A stretch of DNA of 23,862 nt from the NCBI GenBank assembly GCA_043800755.1, contig JAZDMQ010000010.1:1-23862 (forward strand), given 5' to 3'. Position numbers and translations under genes: made by a program. The stretch comes from a bacterium. Lineage in GTDB: Bacteria > Methylomirabilota > Methylomirabilia > CAVQYV01. Shown in pieces: positions 7,618 to 15,851 of this stretch. The notes below the pieces were generated by a model that saw nothing but the letters and a program-made list of their open reading frames with translations, did not search any database and was not told where the DNA came from. The stretch's first letter is position 1, and each line of letters opens with the position of its first letter.

Positions 7618-8015
7618 ATGACGCTGCTCTTGGGAACAGACATCGGGGCTCAGAGTCTGAAAGCAACCATATTTGATGGGGAGGGATCTCCCCTTGCGTT
7701 TGAGCAGATACAATATCCCATCCAGAGGCCTCAACCCGGATGGGCAGAGGGAAACCCCCAGATCTGGTGGGAGTCCTTCTGTAGGGCTGTCCAGACCGCC
7801 GTTGAGCGGAATGGAATACCCACACGGGTCAAATTGACAGCGTAGGGATCAGCACCATGTGCCCTTCTCTGATTGCGTTGGATGAGGAGGGGAATCCTCT
7901 TCGACCAGCCATCCTCTACCTGGACCAACGTAGCCTTCCCCAGGCCGAGAGGATTCAAGAAGAAATAGGTTTAGAGAGAGTCTTCCAGGTTACCGGAAAT
8001 CGCATTGCTCCAGGA
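7618..8015 (+). pseudogene. FGGY kinase #2, frameshifted and truncated after ~130 codons
   Basis: LGTDIGAQSLK...PGWAE in the first frame. After an AC duplication at ~7822-7825 it continues [36 protein letters not shown]...VTGNRIAPG (kinase #1 has ITGNRVAPG), then homology ends. Confidence 0.88.
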
Positions 8016-8089
8016 GTCAATCCCATTCCTCGTTGAAATTCCTCAGCGACCCCTGTCAATCTGCTTCCCGAGGACAAGAGGCGAAAGCG

Positions 8090-8953
8090 ATGGAGAAGAG
8101 CGCATATCATATCGAAGGTATTGAAATAGCTTGGTGCCCAGGATGCGGTAATTTCAACATCTTAGATACATTAAAAGAGGCACTTGCTGAACTCAATATT
8201 GGACCGAATAAACTGGTGATTGTTTCGGGGATTGGTCAGGCGGCGAAGACCCCCCACTATCTTAAGACGAACTTTTTTAATGGATTGCATGGAAGGGCAC
8301 TTCCGGTGGCAACAGCCATCAAGGCCTCAAATCCCGAACTGACAGTGATAGCGGAGAGTGGAGATGGTGATATGTACGGAGAGGGAGGTAATCACTTTGT
8401 ACATGTGATACGTCGAAATCCAAACATAACTAACATCGTTCATAACAATATGGTCTATGGTTTGACCAAGGGACAGGCTTCGCCCACAAGCCAAATTGGT
8501 TTCAAGACCCCGGTGCAGACAAGCGGTGTATTCAATGATCCGTTCAACCCTATTGCTTTGGCAGTAGCACTCGATGCCTCGTTTGTAGCCCGGGCGTTCG
8601 CTGGTGACGCAGCCCAGACAAAGGAGATCTTGAAAAAGGCTATATTGCACAAAGGATATTCGCTCGTGGATCTGTTTCAACCATGTGTTTCATTTAATAA
8701 GGTAAACACCTACCAATGGTTTAAGGAACATACCTATTATATAGAAGACTCCTATGATCCTGCTGATCGTATTGAAGCCTTTAGGAGGGGGATAGAAAAG
8801 GATAAGGTTCCCTTGGGGATCATTTATACTCATTCCGACAAACTGACCTTTGAAGAAAACCTGGGGGTTTACTCACAAAACAAGGAACCCCTGTTCAAAA
8901 GGATCCCTGACCGAGGGAGAATTGCTCGCCTGATAGATTCAAAGAGGGTCTGA
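8090..8953 (+). CDS. 2-oxoacid:ferredoxin oxidoreductase beta subunit (ThDP-binding)
   Basis: WCPGCG, SGIG, LHGRA, GDGD...NN, YGLTKGQ, QPCVSFN. Start ATG 8090 after GAGG. Confidence 0.92.
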   Translation: MEKSAYHIEGIEIAWCPGCGNFNILDTLKEALAELNIGPNKLVIVSGIGQAAKTPHYLKTNFFNGLHGRALPVATAIKASNPELTVIAESGDGDMYGEGGNHFVHVIRRNPNITNIVHNNMVYGLTKGQASPTSQIGFKTPVQTSGVFNDPFNPIALAVALDASFVARAFAGDAAQTKEILKKAILHKGYSLVDLFQPCVSFNKVNTYQWFKEHTYYIEDSYDPADRIEAFRRGIEKDKVPLGIIYTHSDKLTFEENLGVYSQNKEPLFKRIPDRGRIARLIDSKRV

Positions 8954-9293
8954 TATTGCCTAACTGAAGATGGGAGTTGTTCCTCATGTGAAAACCGTAC
9001 GACCAAATGTTGACATTCCAGTCACATGTGGACTTCTTTTGCGGACTAGGTCTCTGATGCACCACAGTTTCTCTTCCTCGGCCAAGGACTCCAGTTCTTC
9101 AATCCGAATCCAAGCTGCTCGCCATGCTAATCTACCTTCGAGGTGAGGTCTGACGATGACCCTATTTTGCTATCTTGGTAACCGAGCCTAAATGGGGTTA
9201 TCTTCACTTCAGGTTTCCTCGGAAGTTGAATCCAGTCGGATTCACCCGAATTTGGAAGGACCACTTATCACTATCTAACGACGGGAGGGAACC

Positions 9294-9686
9294 GTGGACT
9301 TCCTCGATGACGGGATGTGTTTCGCCTGCGGCAAAGGCAACAAGGATGGGATGCAGCTTGATTTTACCCTTCTCGAAGACGGGAGGCTTCGCACCGAATT
9401 CATCCCGCCTAAGAAGTTTCAAGGATTCAAGGACATCCTGCACGGTGGCATTATGGCGGTATTGTTTGACGAAACCATGATACATCTCGCTTTCCGGAGA
9501 GGAGAAAAAGTAGTGACCGCCAAGATCGAGATGAAACTTCGCAACCCCGCTGTGATTGGACAGAAGATCATAGTGACTGCAGAGCTGTTGTCAGATTCGG
9601 GGAGGAGGATCGAGTTGGCGGCTCAGGCAGAGAGCGAGGATGGGGAGTTGTTGGCCGAAGGGACAGCCACCATGGTAAGGGTATGA
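9294..9686 (+). CDS. PaaI-like hotdog-fold thioesterase
   Basis: CFACG..N..G N-terminus and GxxxxLHGG..AVLFDE motif; SD GGAGGG before GTG. Confidence 0.88.
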   Translation: MDFLDDGMCFACGKGNKDGMQLDFTLLEDGRLRTEFIPPKKFQGFKDILHGGIMAVLFDETMIHLAFRRGEKVVTAKIEMKLRNPAVIGQKIIVTAELLSDSGRRIELAAQAESEDGELLAEGTATMVRV

Positions 9687-9719
9687 GAATGGCTTCAGGG
9701 AATCGGGGCGAACCTGACG

Positions 9720-10526
9720 GTGAGGACTTACAGGCCGATCACCTTACTGACTGACTTTGGGCAGGATGATCCTTTTGTGGGGATCATAAAGGGGGTCATT
9801 TGGGGGATTCTCCCTCAGGCTCCTATCGTCGACCTTTGTCATAATTTACCCAGCTACGATATCGCAGAAGCTGCGTTCCTCATCCATCTTTCTTATTCCT
9901 TTTTCCCTCCTCAGAGCGTTCACCTGGTTGTGGTAGATCCCGGCGTGGGCAGTAAACGCCGCCCTTTATTGGTTACCACGGAGAGCCATTACTTCATTGC
10001 CCCGGATAACGGGGTTCTCAGCTACATCTTTGAAAAAGGGGGATTGAGAAGGGTTTTCGAAATCAAGGCCAGCCACTATTTTCTATCCCCTCCAAGCTCT
10101 ACCTTCCACGCCCGCGATGTCTTCGCCCCGGTGGCTGCCTATCTCTGCAAGGGCATCGAGGTGGAGGCCTTTGGCTCGGAGATCGATGACTTTGTAAGGA
10201 TCTCTCTCCCTTGGCCTCGATTGATCGGAAAGGGTGTCTTGGCCGGGGAAGTTCTTCACACCGATCGCTTTGGCAACCTAATCACCAATATTTGCCAATC
10301 AGACCTCGCCCAGCTTACTTCGCAGAGGGAGGGAATTGAGCCTATCTTAAAGCTGGGCAGTCTGGAAATAAGGGGGATAAGGTCTTTCTACGGAGAGGGC
10401 AAGAAGGGCAGATTGGAAGCCGTCATTGGGAGTTTTGGATACTTGGAGGTCTTCGCTTACCAGGGAAATGCCGGCCGCATATCCGGAAAAAAGAGAGGGG
10501 ACGAGGTAATCGTCATCCTGCCTTAG
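9720..10526 (+). CDS. DUF62 SAM hydroxide adenosyltransferase (chlorinase/fluorinase family)
   Basis: LLTDFG, VVDPGVGSKRR, APDNG, STFHARDVFAP, DRFGNLITN. Confidence 0.92.
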   Translation: MRTYRPITLLTDFGQDDPFVGIIKGVIWGILPQAPIVDLCHNLPSYDIAEAAFLIHLSYSFFPPQSVHLVVVDPGVGSKRRPLLVTTESHYFIAPDNGVLSYIFEKGGLRRVFEIKASHYFLSPPSSTFHARDVFAPVAAYLCKGIEVEAFGSEIDDFVRISLPWPRLIGKGVLAGEVLHTDRFGNLITNICQSDLAQLTSQREGIEPILKLGSLEIRGIRSFYGEGKKGRLEAVIGSFGYLEVFAYQGNAGRISGKKRGDEVIVILP

Positions 10527-10534
10527 GGGAGTTT

Positions 10535-12817
10535 ATGGGAAAGTCGTCTGGTCATCCGCTGTATGTGGCCTTGTTGTGGCACCTGCACCAGCCCTTTTAT
10601 AAAGATTTGGCAACTGGAGAATATTGGCTGCCCTGGGCTCGACTCCACGCCATCAAAGACTACTACCATATGGCTTCCATTTTGACGAGCTTTCCTGACC
10701 TTCGTCTCAACTTCAATATAGTTCCTTCCCTCCTCGAGCAGCTTGAGGATTATGCCAAGAAAGGCGTGAAAGAACGGTCCCTAGATCTCAGCCGTACGCC
10801 ATCGAAAGATCTGAACTCATCTGACAAAGCAAACCTCCTCCGAGATTTTTTTTCAGCAAACTGGGAAACCATGATCGACCCTCACCCTCGATACCGGGAA
10901 TTGCTGGAAAAACGAGGGAGGGGGGGGGACGAAGAAAAATGGGCAAAAATCCAGCGGCACTTTTCCACTCAGGACTTTCTCGATCTTCAGGTCTGGTTCA
11001 ATCTGGCCTGGTTTAGTTCAGTTTTGAAGGAGGCTGATCCGTTTATTCATTACCTTGTCCAGAAGGGAAGGAGCTATTCAGAGGAGGAGAAGCTCCAGCT
11101 ATTAGAGAAGCAAGTTCAAATCATCAGCCAGGTTATTCCTCTTTACCAGAGGCTTTTTGATGAGGGGCAAATTGAGATTACGACCAGTCCCTATTACCAT
11201 CCTATACTTCCTTTGCTCTGCGATAGCCATGTGGCAAGGGAACCAAGCCCCGACATCAGTTTGCCCAAATATCGCTTTCGCCATCCAGAGGATGCCCTTG
11301 CACAGATCAATAAAGCTCAAGATGCCTTTTTCAAATACTTTAATAAGCCTGTTCAAGGGATGTGGCCCCCCGAAGGGTCCGTGAGTCAAGAGATGGCCTT
11401 GCTCAGTGCGAGGGCTGGAATAAGATGGATTGCCTCTGACGAAGAGATCCTTTATCGGTCTCTTGGATTGACCTTTCCCGGGGACTCCCATAAATGCTTT
11501 GATAAGCCTAAACTACTGTACCAACCTTATTCTTTTCGGAACGCAGATCTGAGCATTGACCTCCTCTTTAGAGATCATGTCCTTTCCGACCTCATTGGCT
11601 TTACCTATGCGCGCTGGGAAGCGAAAGAGGCGGCAGGGGACCTCCTGGGTCGCCTTCAGCGGATACGCAGAGACCTTGAATCCTTCCAGGACGACGGGCC
11701 TTTTGTTGTCACCATCATCTTGGATGGCGAGAATGCATGGGAACATTACAAGAAAGACGGACGGGACTTTCTGCTTTTCCTCTATGAAGGACTCGATCGG
11801 AAAGAAGGCTTGCAGACCACGCGAATCAGCGACTTCCTCCAAAGATATCCGCCGCGGAATGAGATCCTCAGCCTTGCCGCAGGATCATGGATTAATCACG
11901 ATTTTCGAATCTGGATTGGCCATGAGGAGGACAACGCCGCCTGGGATCTCTTGACCCAGACGCGGGATGACCTGCTTGCTCTTGAAGCGACACCAGAACG
12001 AGGGCTCGCAGCGAGGGGGGAAGAGAGTGTGGATTTTAAGAGGGCCTGGGAGGAGCTGTATATCGCCGAGGGAAGTGACTGGTGCTGGTGGTATGGCGAT
12101 GACCATAGCTCGGGGATCGACGACGAGTTTGATGATTTATTTAGGAAGCACCTCATGAACGTCTACCATTTTATCAAGGCTGAAATCCCCGCTCGCCTTT
12201 ATGTCCCCATCCTCCGAGCGAGGAAGAAAGAAAACTTGTCCCTTACCTCTGTGGACCTCATTCACCCTTCAATTGATGGCAAATTGACCACCTATTTTGA
12301 ATGGCTTCCTGCTGCATCTTATGAATCCCGTCGCAGAGGGAACACCATGCATCATCCAAACGCTATTTTCTCCGCAATCTACGTGGGTTTTGACTATGAT
12401 AGGATGTTCCTGCGATTCGATTTCGAGGAAGACTCATTGAGGAGAGGAGAACGCGGACGGACCGGCGGCGTATTCGTCCATATCCGGTTCCTCGCTCCTT
12501 CCTTCGTCCGGGCTGAGGTTAGGCTTGATGTGGGAGCGCCGAGGCCCGCGGTCAGACTTTATGAGGATGAGGGCGGGTCTGCTTTGAACATTGATTCCCG
12601 AGAGGAGTTCTCGGCGGAAGGTTTAGAGGCAGCGATCGGAGATATTGTAGAGATGGCGATACCGTTCAGGGCACTTAGGGCAGAGGCTGGGAAGGACATA
12701 CAATTCATTGTTTTTCTGTGGCAAAATGGAGCAGTAGAGGAAAGGTGGCCCCCCTCAGGCTACTTCACCGTCAATGTGCCTTCCGGAGAATTTGAATCCG
12801 AGTTTTGGCAATTGTGA
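10535..12817 (+). CDS. Glycoside hydrolase family 57 (amylopullulanase-like) with C-terminal extension
   Basis: WHLHQP, YYHPILP, WPPEG (nucleophile Glu), LDGENAWE (acid/base Asp), GSWI, AEGSDWCWW. Confidence 0.92.
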   Translation: MGKSSGHPLYVALLWHLHQPFYKDLATGEYWLPWARLHAIKDYYHMASILTSFPDLRLNFNIVPSLLEQLEDYAKKGVKERSLDLSRTPSKDLNSSDKANLLRDFFSANWETMIDPHPRYRELLEKRGRGGDEEKWAKIQRHFSTQDFLDLQVWFNLAWFSSVLKEADPFIHYLVQKGRSYSEEEKLQLLEKQVQIISQVIPLYQRLFDEGQIEITTSPYYHPILPLLCDSHVAREPSPDISLPKYRFRHPEDALAQINKAQDAFFKYFNKPVQGMWPPEGSVSQEMALLSARAGIRWIASDEEILYRSLGLTFPGDSHKCFDKPKLLYQPYSFRNADLSIDLLFRDHVLSDLIGFTYARWEAKEAAGDLLGRLQRIRRDLESFQDDGPFVVTIILDGENAWEHYKKDGRDFLLFLYEGLDRKEGLQTTRISDFLQRYPPRNEILSLAAGSWINHDFRIWIGHEEDNAAWDLLTQTRDDLLALEATPERGLAARGEESVDFKRAWEELYIAEGSDWCWWYGDDHSSGIDDEFDDLFRKHLMNVYHFIKAEIPARLYVPILRARKKENLSLTSVDLIHPSIDGKLTTYFEWLPAASYESRRRGNTMHHPNAIFSAIYVGFDYDRMFLRFDFEEDSLRRGERGRTGGVFVHIRFLAPSFVRAEVRLDVGAPRPAVRLYEDEGGSALNIDSREEFSAEGLEAAIGDIVEMAIPFRALRAEAGKDIQFIVFLWQNGAVEERWPPSGYFTVNVPSGEFESEFWQL

Positions 12818-12846
12818 TTTAGTCTGGGGGGTGAGGCGAGAATGAG

Positions 12847-12874
12847 TGTTCTTATAATAGATATTATGTAAATA
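12847..12874 (+). other. dif: dif site (XerC/XerD chromosome dimer resolution)
   Basis: TGTTCTTATAA-TAGATA-TTATGTAAATA: 11-6-11 layout with ATAA/TTAT inner palindrome and a TTATGT XerD arm, lying between convergent genes. Confidence 0.85.
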
Positions 12875-12877
12875 AAT

Positions 12878-13363
12878 CTAAGCCCGGTATTTTCCAAAAT
12901 CCTCCGGCTTTAATGTTTCAAGCCACTGTCTCCACCGATCATTTTCTTCTTTCTCATCGCTTACATCAATACTTTTCGCCTTAGTTATGACCGCATCTGC
13001 AACATAAATCGGGGCGTTCACCCGGAGGGCAATCGCGATCGCGTCGCTAGGACGAGAGTCTATAGGGATGCGGTTACCATTTACCGTAATCTCAATGACT
13101 GCATAGAAAGTATTGTCCCGCAAGTCGTTAATGACCACCTGTTGGACAGTTGCGCCCAAATGATCAAGAATATTCTTGATAAGGTCATGGGTCATGGGCC
13201 GAGGCGTAGCGATCTTTTCCAGCTCCAGGGCAATTGCATTTGCCTCGAAGATTCCCACCCAGATAGGCAGGGCTTTTCGATCCTCTGCATCCTTTAAAAT
13301 GATGATCGGCATATTAGTGATCGGATCGAGTGCTAACCCCCTAACCATCATTTTCACCAGCAT
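12878..13363 (-). CDS. Bifunctional nuclease family protein (DUF151)
   Basis: LPIWVGIFEA, PRPMTHDL, DSRPSDAIAIA. Start ATG 13363 after GGAGG. Confidence 0.92.
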   Translation of the reverse strand: MLVKMMVRGLALDPITNMPIIILKDAEDRKALPIWVGIFEANAIALELEKIATPRPMTHDLIKNILDHLGATVQQVVINDLRDNTFYAVIEITVNGNRIPIDSRPSDAIAIALRVNAPIYVADAVITKAKSIDVSDEKEENDRWRQWLETLKPEDFGKYRA

Positions 13364-13382
13364 TTTCCTTGCCTCCAAACGT

Positions 13383-13886
13383 TCAACTCAGATCCGCCTC
13401 AGGAAGCCCATGAAAATGAGAGAAGAGCCTCTCGTAAGTCGAATCCAAGTCCTCCGAAATTACCTTGGTCTTTCCAATGGTAGGCAGGAAATTGGTGTCG
13501 CCCGTCCAACGCGGTAATATGTGGAGGTGAATGTGGTCAGCGATGCCAGCGCCCGCCACCTTTCCCAGATTGATACCGAGGTTAAATCCTTCGGCCTTGA
13601 GGACTTTCCGCAAAATATCCTCGCTCTTTTGAGCCAGCTCCAGCAATTCGACCATCTCCCCGGGACTTAAGCAGGACAGGCTATCTAAATGGCGGTATGG
13701 GACAATCATTAGGTGACCGTTGTTATAAGGAAACAGGTTCAGGAGGACGAAACAATGGCCTCCTCGAAAGAGAAGAAGATTCCTTCTATCCTCCTTTTCG
13801 TTTGGCTTCTGGCAAAGGATACAGCCTTTGGGCTTGGTTGCGTCTTCGATATAGGGCCTTCTCCAGGGAGCCCAAAGGATGTTCAT
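13383..13886 (-). CDS. HIT-family hydrolase (Ap4A phosphorylase/FHIT-like)
   Basis: LWAPWR, CILC, NLFPYNNGH, GKVAGAG, HIHLHILPRW. Family-typical start MNILWAPWR at 13886. Confidence 0.92.
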   Translation of the reverse strand: MNILWAPWRRPYIEDATKPKGCILCQKPNEKEDRRNLLLFRGGHCFVLLNLFPYNNGHLMIVPYRHLDSLSCLSPGEMVELLELAQKSEDILRKVLKAEGFNLGINLGKVAGAGIADHIHLHILPRWTGDTNFLPTIGKTKVISEDLDSTYERLFSHFHGLPEADLS

Positions 13887-14279
13887 CGCCGCTCTATGGG
13901 GTGGGAGTTTCCGCTGAGAGGTGTCTTTCATCCTGTTCTGTTTGCGGAAGAAATTCTGAAGATCGCCAGACATCATGTTCAATTTAGCATCACCGATGGG
14001 TACGATCAAGGCCTTTTTCCATGCCAACCCCCGGGTAAACCTTAGGAATGAGGCCAAAGGGAAAGAGATTACTGGGAGTATGGAAGGAGAAAGAGAGAGT
14101 CAGCCAAAAACCTGAAACCCACCAGGGATTTCTCAAGAGTTAGAACATTCACAGCTGGGCCTCACGCCAAGGAGGTTGAAAGATGAGGTATGGCCAAACA
14201 ATGCGAGACGATGATCTCCCTCCTTTTTAGAGGAGTCCTTCGCCCTCATCGAGGAGGACTAAATTGCCTCTGCGGAAAT

Positions 14280-14561
14280 TCAATTATCGATGAGTTCCTT
14301 GAGCTCTTTTCCTGCTTTGAAATAAGGTGCGCGCTTTGCCGGAACCCGGACAGGTTTTCCAGTTTGTGGATTACGGCCTTGACGGGCCTCTCTCTGTCTG
14401 ACCCGGAAGCTCCCAAACCCCCTCAGCTCTACCTTTCCATCCTTCTTTGAAGATAAGGCCTCGGTGATACTCTTAAAGATGGTGTTGACGATGACTTCTG
14501 TATCTTTCTTGGTAAGGTTTATGCCGGAAGCCACCTTTTCAATCAAGTCTACCTTGGTCAT
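14280..14561 (-). CDS. ihfB: Integration host factor beta / HU-family DNA-binding protein
   Basis: MTKVDL, VELRGFGSF, GRNPQTG, PYFKAGKELKE; usual position downstream of rpsA-sppA. Confidence 0.85.
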   Translation of the reverse strand: MTKVDLIEKVASGINLTKKDTEVIVNTIFKSITEALSSKKDGKVELRGFGSFRVRQREARQGRNPQTGKPVRVPAKRAPYFKAGKELKELIDN

Positions 14562-14806
14562 TCTTTCACCCCCCACATCTTACGTTTTTCAACATGGAAT
14601 GAGCGAATGCACCCCCCTGCAAGGAGGGGTCATGGTACCTTGTTTTCCAGTCTTGCCAGATGCATAATGGCTCGCGCGTTCCCCTGCCAATGGGACAGAG
14701 TGTTAACAGAGATGGAAACCTGCCCCTTCACCACCTCCTTCAAAAAATAGAGGCCTTTTCACGAAATCCAGAAAGAGGTCACGGGGTGCATATTGAGTAA
14801 GCGACG

Positions 14807-15694
14807 TTACCGCATTAGATATTGAACCGATAGAGGCGGCCATGTTGAATCCATATTGGAGGGAGAGAAGGGAAAAATTCTCGATCCCAAGATATCCAGC
14901 AAAGAGAACCTTCTCTTCCGTTCTTCCACAATCTTGGGCCTCCCCTTAATCCCAGCCAATTGAGCGGCACAGTTGATGGCATCGGAAAGATCTCCCAATT
15001 CATCGACGAGGCCAAGACCGACTGCCTGTCTTCCGGTGAAGATTCTGCCGTCTGCAATCTCGGCAACTTTTCCCTTGTCCAACTTCCTCCCTTTCACCAC
15101 CGCTTCAACAAATTGATCGTGGACGTCGTCCAGAACCTCCTGGAAGATCTTTTGGTCCCCGGGGGAGATGTCCTTGGTCATTGAACCCATGTCCTTATGC
15201 TCCCCGCTTTTTATGACGGTCGCCTTCACCCCCACTTTCTCTAACAACCTGGAGATGTTAGCCAATTGCATGATTACACCAATACTTCCGGTGATAGAGC
15301 CGGGGTTGGCGAAAATACGATCGGACGCGCAGGCGATATAGTACCCACCTGACGCCGCCAAACTTCCCATGGATGCAACAATTGGCTTTCTGTGCTGTGA
15401 CCTCGTCTTATTGAGTTCCTCATAAATCTCCTGAGCGGGTGCGACTCCGCCTCCCGGACTATTGATTCGGAGGACTACGGCCCTGATTGTCTGACTTCTC
15501 TGAAATTTCTCTAACTGGTCAAGGGCCTCTCTCGAATCTGCAATCACTCCTTCAATCCGGATGAGGCCGATTCTCCCCCCCCCAGACCCCTCTCTGGCCA
15601 AAAAGAAACCCAGAAAAAAGAGTATCGCGAGTAGGCTCAGTAATCCTCCCCCGATAGTCCAAAGAAGCCTCCGCCCTGCCGTGTTCCCACACAT
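14807..15694 (-). CDS. sppA: Signal peptide peptidase SppA (S49, 36K type)
   Basis: N-terminal TM helix, RINSPGG, AASGGYY, TGSIGV, KSGEHKD, ADGRIFTG. Confidence 0.93.
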   Translation of the reverse strand: MCGNTAGRRLLWTIGGGLLSLLAILFFLGFFLAREGSGGGRIGLIRIEGVIADSREALDQLEKFQRSQTIRAVVLRINSPGGGVAPAQEIYEELNKTRSQHRKPIVASMGSLAASGGYYIACASDRIFANPGSITGSIGVIMQLANISRLLEKVGVKATVIKSGEHKDMGSMTKDISPGDQKIFQEVLDDVHDQFVEAVVKGRKLDKGKVAEIADGRIFTGRQAVGLGLVDELGDLSDAINCAAQLAGIKGRPKIVEERKRRFSLLDILGSRIFPFSPSNMDSTWPPLSVQYLMR

Positions 15695-15851
15695 TTTCTA
15701 CCACCTCAATTTGGGATACTGCTCTGGCGCTTCTCCTGCCACAGGGGATCGAGAGGCCAAATCCTATTCTTCCCTCCTCTTCCCCTCCTCAGGCATCTCT
15801 TCATCTAAAATAGATGTCCATGAGAGTCTAAGCAACTCCCTTGCTGAAATC

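Noticed and set aside
8016..9020. IS-like inverted ends (GTCAA at 8016, TTGAC at ~9010) around the OFOR beta gene
   Set aside because: Only 5 bp match, no target duplication, no transposase
8984..9169. Stop-free minus frame (QNRVIVRPHLEGRLAWRAAWIRIEELESLAEEEKLW...)
   Set aside because: No suitable start or SD and no recognisable family; at most a gene remnant
9720..10526. Halogenase (chlorinase/fluorinase) of a natural-product cluster
   Set aside because: Hydrolase-type Asp/Arg/His residues are present and there are no biosynthetic genes nearby
13887..14057. 57-aa N-terminal extension of the HIT ORF, including a KLPPHRA stretch resembling the 372-421 palindrome
   Set aside because: Family-typical start is at 13886; nucleotide similarity to the palindrome is weak and lacks the hairpin
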